A stretch of DNA of 59,657 nt, the filler included. It is 5 parts of 5 records of this genome, joined end to end, with 100 filler letters (N's around TTAATTAATTAA, not from the genome) between each part and the next. Parts side by side here need not be neighbours in the genome. Positions count along the whole stretch, not along the records: positions 53,284 to 59,657 come from SRR22947727_240; 4 more parts are not named here. One strand, written 5' to 3'. Made by a program: the position numbers and the translations under genes. This document shows positions 53,285 to 59,657 of the stretch, piece after piece. The stretch's first letter is position 1. Every line of letters begins with the position of its first letter. The notes beneath the pieces are model-generated. The model made no database searches, was not told the DNA's origin, and saw only the letters and a list, made by a program, of their open reading frames with translations.

Positions 53285-54262
53285 AACTTTCCTAAAATAA
53301 TTAGTAAAATATTACCTTTTGCACTTTTTTTTAGCTTCTTATACGTCATTTCAAAATATGAATTAAGTAATGAGTTAATGATTTTTTGGAATTTTGGAAT
53401 ACATAAAATTAAATTAATTAATTTTTTTTTAAAAATTTCATTAATAGTTTTATTTTTACAAATTTTATTAACTGCTATAATTGTCCCAAAGACACAGGAT
53501 ATTGCAAGATCTTTTCTTAGAACTTCAGATGTTAATTTTTTTGGAAACTTAATAAAACCAAAAAAATTTAATGATACTATTAAAGGATTAACAATCTATA
53601 GTGAAAGCAAAGATGATAAAGGTGATCTTATTAATATATATTTAAAAAAAGAAAGTAATGAAAATAATTTTCAAATAACATACGCAAAAAAAGGTATTTT
53701 TAAGAGGATTAATAATTCACAAATTTTAGAATTAATTAATGGTGAAACTATTAGTCGAACAAATAATGAGATAACTAAATTTAGTTTTTCAAAATCAAAT
53801 TTAAACTTGAACAATCTAGAGACGAATACAACTACTTATATTAAGACACAGGAAATTTCAACATTCAATCTTCTTAAATGTTACGACAATTTATTTGATT
53901 TAAAAATGATTAAAAATAGTAAAACTTTAAAAATTGAAAACTGTAGTTTTGGTAATTTAAGTAATATTAACAAAGAATTATACAAAAGATTAATCATTCC
54001 ACTTTATATTCCATCGCTTGTACTTGCATCTTTATTATTAACAATTATTTCAAAAGAAAATGCATATTATTTAAATTTTAGAATTATTACTTTTATAATT
54101 GGTATTTTAATTATAATTAGTTCAGAAATTACATTAAGTTTTATAAATGAAAATTTAACAAAAAATTTTAAAATTTTAGTAATACCATTTATTTTAATAA
54201 TATTTTTATACTTAATGTTTTTTTTTAAATTTATAGTTCATCCAAAAAAGATAAGAAGATGA
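53285..54262 (+). CDS. lptF: LPS export permease LptF, 5'-truncated
   Basis: Frame open from the contig start (FPKIISKILPFALF...SNELMIFWNFG); YjgP/Q architecture; precedes lptG. Confidence 0.85.
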   Translation, partial: NFPKIISKILPFALFFSFLYVISKYELSNELMIFWNFGIHKIKLINFFLKISLIVLFLQILLTAIIVPKTQDIARSFLRTSDVNFFGNLIKPKKFNDTIKGLTIYSESKDDKGDLINIYLKKESNENNFQITYAKKGIFKRINNSQILELINGETISRTNNEITKFSFSKSNLNLNNLETNTTTYIKTQEISTFNLLKCYDNLFDLKMIKNSKTLKIENCSFGNLSNINKELYKRLIIPLYIPSLVLASLLLTIISKENAYYLNFRIITFIIGILIIISSEITLSFINENLTKNFKILVIPFILIIFLYLMFFFKFIVHPKKIRR

Positions 54263-55332
54263 AAACTTATATTAAATTTTTATTTTTAATATTTTTAAAA
54301 TCATTTTTATACATCTCTTTAATAATGTTTAGCCTCATATTTATTTTAAATCTATTGAGTGAATTGGAATTTTTTAAAGAGATAAATGTAAATATTTTTG
54401 TTCCAATTTACTTATCTTTATTAAACTCTCCTTCATTATTATTTGAGATGTATCCATTTATTTTTTTAATTTGCACTCAGTTATTTTTTATTTCAATTTT
54501 TAAAAATAATGAAATAACTATATTTAAATATTCTGGCCTGAAAAACTCAAAAATTTTGATTGTGGCAAGTATCGCGACTTTTATTTTAAGTTTAATTATA
54601 ATAACAGTGTTTTATAATCTTTCTTCAAATTTAAAAAATTTTTACTTGGAAATTAAATCAAACTATACAACTGATAATAAATACTTGGCAGTAATAACAA
54701 AAAATGGCTTATGGATAAAAGATAAAATCGAAAATAACACATTAATTATCAATGCATCAAAAATAGATAAGAATTTTTTAATAAATACATTTATTTCTGA
54801 ATTTGATAGAAATTATAATATTATTAGAAATATCAAGAGTGAAAAAATTGATATTAAAAGTAAAATTTGGTTAATAAATAACCCAATAGTTTATAAAGGA
54901 GATGAAAAGATTAATGATGAATTAATCACTATAAGGACTAATTTTAATTATAAAAGAATTCAAAGCTTATTTTCAAACTTATCATCTTTAAGCTTTCTAG
55001 AACTGCTAGAACTAAATAAAAACTATAAGCAATTGAATATTTCAACAATTGAGATTGATGCTCAAATTTTTAAGATTATTTCATACCCATTTTTTCTCAC
55101 TTTGATGACGCTTTTTTCAAGCGCTGTAATGTTTAGAATAAGGAACGTAGATAGTGTTACATTTAAGATTTCAACAGGGCTCTTTTTTTCTGTTATAATT
55201 TATTATATTAATAATTTTTTTGTTGTCCTTGGTTCTACTGAAAAAATTGCTATGACGATATCCATACTGATACCAATATTGATGCTTGCGCTAATTAATA
55301 TTTTTTTGCTCTACAATATAAATGAAAAATAA
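54259..55332 (+). CDS. lptG: LPS export permease LptG
   Basis: TM-jellyroll-TM layout, NNEITIFKYSG, GLWIKD. Confidence 0.85.
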   Translation: MKTYIKFLFLIFLKSFLYISLIMFSLIFILNLLSELEFFKEINVNIFVPIYLSLLNSPSLLFEMYPFIFLICTQLFFISIFKNNEITIFKYSGLKNSKILIVASIATFILSLIIITVFYNLSSNLKNFYLEIKSNYTTDNKYLAVITKNGLWIKDKIENNTLIINASKIDKNFLINTFISEFDRNYNIIRNIKSEKIDIKSKIWLINNPIVYKGDEKINDELITIRTNFNYKRIQSLFSNLSSLSFLELLELNKNYKQLNISTIEIDAQIFKIISYPFFLTLMTLFSSAVMFRIRNVDSVTFKISTGLFFSVIIYYINNFFVVLGSTEKIAMTISILIPILMLALINIFLLYNINEK

Positions 55333-57969
55333 ATGATAAAAAATATAAATCATATAATTAAAATTTTTATAATTAGTTTTTTTTTAAGTTCAAGTGCAAA
55401 TAGTAATGAACAATTTAATTTTGACATTAACAACATAGAAATTTTGAATCAGGGAAATTTTTTCAAAGGAACTGCGGGTGGTATCGTTTCAACGAATGAT
55501 GGATTAACTATTGAGGCAAAAACTTTTGAATATGATAAAATTAAAAATATTCTCTATGCTTATGAAAATGTAGAAATTATTGATAAACTAAATAATTATA
55601 AAATTTATACAAATAAAATAATCTATTTAAAAAACGAAGAAAAAATTTTTACCGAAGGAAATTCTAAAGCATATAATAATGATGGTATAATAATTAACGC
55701 AGATAAATTTGAATATGATAAATTTTTAAATATTTTGAATGCTAAAAAAAAGGTATCAGTTTTTGATGAAATAAAAAATTATAAAATTTTTTCTGAAAAT
55801 ATTACTTATTTTAAAAATCAACAAAAATTTTATTCCTCAGGTAACACAAGCGCAATAATTAAATCAAAATATGAATTTAACTCAACGGATGTGAATTTTT
55901 TGAGAAATGAAATGGAATTAAGTTCTATCCATAAATCAACTATTAAAAATATTAAAGATAAGTCATTCTATGAGTTTGAGAATTTTAATTACTTAATAAA
56001 TAAAAATATTTTAAAAGCAAAAAATATTATGGTCATTACTAACTCTGAAGTTCCAATATCTCAATCTGATAAATATTTTTTTAATGATGGTATTTTTGAT
56101 ATAGAGAAAAAAAATTTTACAGCAAGTCAAACAAGAGTTCATCTAGAAAAAAATATTTTTGATAGGAAAGAAAATGATCCACGACTGATAGGAGTTTCAT
56201 CAAAAAAAGAGAATGATATCACAATTGTAAATAAAGGGTTATTTACAAGTTGTAAAAAAAATGAGAAATGTCCTCCATGGCACATAACTGCCAAAAAAAT
56301 TAAACATAATAAAAAAACTAAACAAATCATTTATGATAATGCGGTTTTAAAGGTTTATGACATTCCTGTATTATACTATCCAAAGTTTTTTCATCCCGAC
56401 CCAACTGTTGAAAGACAATCAGGATTTTTAAGACCACAACTTAATAGCTCAAATATTTTAGGCTCCTCTGCTAGTATACCATATTTTAAAGTTCTTGCTG
56501 AAAATAAAGATTTGACTTTCATGCCAACATTTTTTGATAGCAAAACTTTAAAAATAGAAAATGAATATCGTCAAGAAAATGAAAATTCTTCTCTTATTGT
56601 AAACTATGGTCACGTAAATAACTATAATTCACCATTACAAAATAATAAAAATAGCATAAATCATTTATTTGGAAAATATTCTAAAAATCTATATCTAGAA
56701 AATTTTAATGAAAGCGATTTGGATATTTCTGTTCAGAAAATTACAAATGATACATACTTAAAAGTTTTTGACAAATATATTCCAGACTCTATTTTAAAAC
56801 CACAGAATCAAGACACTTTAGCTTCTAAAATTCAAATAAATTTAACACATTCTGATTATACTTTTTTCACTGGTGCAGATGCTTATGAAAATTTATCAGG
56901 AAAAAACAGTGATAGATATACTTATGTTCTGCCCTATTATAAATTTTCAAAAAATTTAAATTATGATTTTATTGAAGGTTATTTAAATTTTTCTTCCAGT
57001 GGAAATAATACTCTAAAAAATACTAATACTCTTAGTACTAGAGTTATTAATAATTTAAAATACAATTCTGAAGATCATTTTTCTAATCAAGGATTTAAAA
57101 CTAATTTTAATTTGTATCTTAAAAATTTAAATACTGTTGCAAACAATGATGCTACTTACAAATCAAGTCCTCAAGCTCAATTGGATAGCATATTTGAAAT
57201 AAGATCTGAGTTACCTCTTATTAATAATTCTGATATATATTTAAATACTTTAATCCCAAAAGTATCTTTTAGAATAAATCCTGGAAAAATGAAAAATTAT
57301 TATAATGAAGTAAAAAAAATAACTGTAAATAATATTTATAGTATTGATAGGATTGGTTTAGATGATGCGTTTGAAAGCGGTCAATCTTTAACTCTTGGTT
57401 TTAACTATAGAAAAGAAAACAAAGAAATTTCTTCAAAGTATTTTGATTTTGAATTAGCTACAGTTATTAGGGATAAAAAGAATGATAAAATTCCAAAAAC
57501 TAGTACTATAAATAACAAATATTCAAACTTATTTGGTTCTGCAAGTTATAACTTTATTGATAATTTCAAACTTAGATATAATTTTTCATTGGATAATAAT
57601 TTGGAGGCTATTGAATATAGCTCTGTTACAGCTGATTTTGCAATAGCAAATTTTAAAACAAAAATTGATTTTATTGAGGAAAATTCTGTAATTGGAAATA
57701 CAAATTCAATTAAAAATGAAACAAAATTTGATTTTTCAGAAAACAATACTCTTAAATTTAATACAAGAAGAAATAGAAAAATAAATCTTACAGAATATTA
57801 TGACTTTGTTTACGAATATACTAATGATTGTTTGGTAGCAGGACTTAAATATAGAAAAACATATTATGAGGATAGAGATCTTAAACCAGCTGAAGATTTA
57901 ATGTTTACTATAACATTATATCCCCTAACAAATTATGAGCAAAAAATAGATCAAAATTTTTATAAATAA
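55333..57969 (+). CDS. lptD: LPS assembly protein LptD
   Basis: FTSC...CPPW, PDPTVERQSGFL, C-terminal YTNDC; order lptF-lptG-lptD-surA-pdxA. Confidence 0.9.
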   Translation: MIKNINHIIKIFIISFFLSSSANSNEQFNFDINNIEILNQGNFFKGTAGGIVSTNDGLTIEAKTFEYDKIKNILYAYENVEIIDKLNNYKIYTNKIIYLKNEEKIFTEGNSKAYNNDGIIINADKFEYDKFLNILNAKKKVSVFDEIKNYKIFSENITYFKNQQKFYSSGNTSAIIKSKYEFNSTDVNFLRNEMELSSIHKSTIKNIKDKSFYEFENFNYLINKNILKAKNIMVITNSEVPISQSDKYFFNDGIFDIEKKNFTASQTRVHLEKNIFDRKENDPRLIGVSSKKENDITIVNKGLFTSCKKNEKCPPWHITAKKIKHNKKTKQIIYDNAVLKVYDIPVLYYPKFFHPDPTVERQSGFLRPQLNSSNILGSSASIPYFKVLAENKDLTFMPTFFDSKTLKIENEYRQENENSSLIVNYGHVNNYNSPLQNNKNSINHLFGKYSKNLYLENFNESDLDISVQKITNDTYLKVFDKYIPDSILKPQNQDTLASKIQINLTHSDYTFFTGADAYENLSGKNSDRYTYVLPYYKFSKNLNYDFIEGYLNFSSSGNNTLKNTNTLSTRVINNLKYNSEDHFSNQGFKTNFNLYLKNLNTVANNDATYKSSPQAQLDSIFEIRSELPLINNSDIYLNTLIPKVSFRINPGKMKNYYNEVKKITVNNIYSIDRIGLDDAFESGQSLTLGFNYRKENKEISSKYFDFELATVIRDKKNDKIPKTSTINNKYSNLFGSASYNFIDNFKLRYNFSLDNNLEAIEYSSVTADFAIANFKTKIDFIEENSVIGNTNSIKNETKFDFSENNTLKFNTRRNRKINLTEYYDFVYEYTNDCLVAGLKYRKTYYEDRDLKPAEDLMFTITLYPLTNYEQKIDQNFYK

Positions 57970-57973
57970 CTAA

Positions 57974-58906
57974 ATGTATAAAATTAAAATATTGGTATTT
58001 CTGATTATTGTATTTTTTCTGAGATTTGAAAATGCATTTTCATTAGAAAATAAAATTTTAGTTAAGGTAAATAATGAGATTATTACCTCAATAGATATTG
58101 TAAATGAGATAAAATATCTAAAAACCATAAATCCAAGTATTAATGAATTAAATGAAAATCAAATAATAGAAATATCAAAAAATTCACTCATAAGAGAGAA
58201 GATTAAAAAAATCAAAGTAGAAAATTTTTTTGATGAAATCACTTTAGAAAATAAGTATTTTGATGTATTGGTTCGAAACACATACAAACAACTTGGCTTA
58301 AAATCTATAAAAGAATTTGAAACTTATTTAACTAATAATGAAATACTTTTTGAAAAAGTTAAAAAAAAGACTGCCATAGATGCATACTGGAATAAGATAA
58401 TTTATGAAAAATTTTCTTCCAAAATTAAAGTAAATGAGAAAGAAATTAAGTTAAGGATATTATCAAATGATAACCAAAAAATTGACTCTTATGAGCTATA
58501 TGAAATTTTATTTAATATACCCAATAAAGAAAAGCTTGATGAAAAATTTAAGATAATAAAAAATGATATTAAAAAAAAAGGTTTTAAAAATGCTGCACTT
58601 ATTCACAGTATATCAGATAGTGGCAAAAATGGTGGCAATCTAGGTTTTGTAAATTCTAAATCAATTAATAAAAAAATTCTTAGAGAAATAAATAAATTAC
58701 AAATAGGCGATTATACAAGACCGATAATAATTCCAGGAGGATTTTTAATTCTAAAATTAAATAATATTAAAAAAAGTGAAGAAAAAGTTAATATAGATAG
58801 TGAAATTGAAAGATTAAAAATACTAGAGATGAACAAGCAGTTAAACCAATATTCAAACTTATATTTTAATAAGATAAAAAAAGATATTGTCATAAATGAA
58901 AAATAG
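57974..58906 (+). CDS. surA: SurA-like periplasmic chaperone/PPIase
   Basis: KVNNEIITSIDI N-domain; parvulin-like SISDSGKNGGNLG; between lptD and pdxA. Confidence 0.82.
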   Translation: MYKIKILVFLIIVFFLRFENAFSLENKILVKVNNEIITSIDIVNEIKYLKTINPSINELNENQIIEISKNSLIREKIKKIKVENFFDEITLENKYFDVLVRNTYKQLGLKSIKEFETYLTNNEILFEKVKKKTAIDAYWNKIIYEKFSSKIKVNEKEIKLRILSNDNQKIDSYELYEILFNIPNKEKLDEKFKIIKNDIKKKGFKNAALIHSISDSGKNGGNLGFVNSKSINKKILREINKLQIGDYTRPIIIPGGFLILKLNNIKKSEEKVNIDSEIERLKILEMNKQLNQYSNLYFNKIKKDIVINEK

Positions 58907-59657
58907 ACCAATTTTAATATCAGCGGGTGAACCAAACAGTATTTTTTCTGAAATATTAATTAAAACTATAAAATTTTCTAAATTCAAAAGTCCAATTTTA
59001 TTAATTGCTTCAAAAAAATTATTTCAAGCACAATTAAAAAAACTTGGAATTAAAGTTAAAATTAATTTAATAAATAAAGATAGTAATATTAAAAATAACC
59101 TTAGATATAACGAGCTAAATTTAATAGATATAAAATATAATCAAAAAAAACCATTTGAAAAAATATCAAGTAAATCAAAAAAGTATATTGAGGATTGTTT
59201 TGATTTATCTATTTTTTTGTTAAAAAATAAATTAACAGATAAATTTATTAATGGTCCAATATCAAAAAAATTTTTTCTTAAAAAAAAGTTTAATGGAATA
59301 ACTGAATATTTGGCTGATAAAACAAAAACAAAAAAATTTGCAATGATAATTCATAACAAAAATCTTTCTGTTTGTCCTTTGACCACTCATCTTCCAATCA
59401 AATATGTTAATAAAAAAATTAATAAATTGGAAATAATCAGTAAAGTAAAACTTATTAGTAACTTTTGGAAAAAACAATTTGGTAAAAAAGTAAAAATTGG
59501 TGTAACAGGATTAAATCCACATTGTGAGAGTATTGATAGTTTTAATGAGGATAAAATTATTATTTTACCTGCAATTAAAAAATTACGAAAACTTAAATAT
59601 AATATTGAAGGACCATTAGCAGCAGACACTATTTTTTTAAAAGATAATAGAAAAAAA
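58896..59657 (+). CDS. pdxA: 4-hydroxythreonine-4-phosphate dehydrogenase, 3'-truncated at window end
   Basis: MKNRPILISAGEPNSIF..., TTHLPI, GLNPHCE, GPLAADTIF; absent from the ORF track because it has no stop in the window. Confidence 0.88.
   Translation, partial: MKNRPILISAGEPNSIFSEILIKTIKFSKFKSPILLIASKKLFQAQLKKLGIKVKINLINKDSNIKNNLRYNELNLIDIKYNQKKPFEKISSKSKKYIEDCFDLSIFLLKNKLTDKFINGPISKKFFLKKKFNGITEYLADKTKTKKFAMIIHNKNLSVCPLTTHLPIKYVNKKINKLEIISKVKLISNFWKKQFGKKVKIGVTGLNPHCESIDSFNEDKIIILPAIKKLRKLKYNIEGPLAADTIFLKDNRKK

Overview
This window is not one replicon. It is five unrelated fragments joined by identical 100-nt linkers (44 N + TTAATTAATTAA + 44 N) at 18870-18969, 32933-33032, 45547-45646 and 53184-53283, and it looks like concatenated marine metagenomic contigs. 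(1) 1-18869 is an AT-rich alphaproteobacterium (SAR11-like): tolQRAB-pal-cpoB-tilS-ftsH-folP-glmM-purA, rpoH/rluD, a choline-oxidising GMC enzyme and a betaine-type ABC transporter. (2) 18970-32932 is Pelagibacterales-like: mreBCD-mrdA-rodA, bactofilin, dadA-like, DMT, 2-hydroxyacid dehydrogenase, and a minus-strand sulfur/methionine operon (SAM-V riboswitch, small leader ORFs, metY, cysteine-less QueF-like gene, metE, rhodanese). (3) 33033-45546 is a flavobacterium: an lva/ACAD10-11-like catabolic cluster, CcsBA, SurA-like PPIase and guaB. (4) 45647-53183 is a GC-rich marine Synechococcus-like fragment: sodN, FKBP, lnt, mnmA, nnr and a group-2 sigma factor. (5) 53284-59657 is Pelagibacter-like: lptF-lptG-lptD-surA-pdxA. 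The best candidate for an undescribed system is the SAM-V-controlled methionine operon. It contains a QueF/T-fold paralog with no catalytic cysteine, and its leader has three RBS-ATG modules in three different reading frames. Also notable are a BetA-like protein with the choline-oxidase covalent-FAD histidine motif and an lva-like 4-hydroxyacyl-CoA cluster in a flavobacterium. All family assignments come from motif recognition; no database searches were run.
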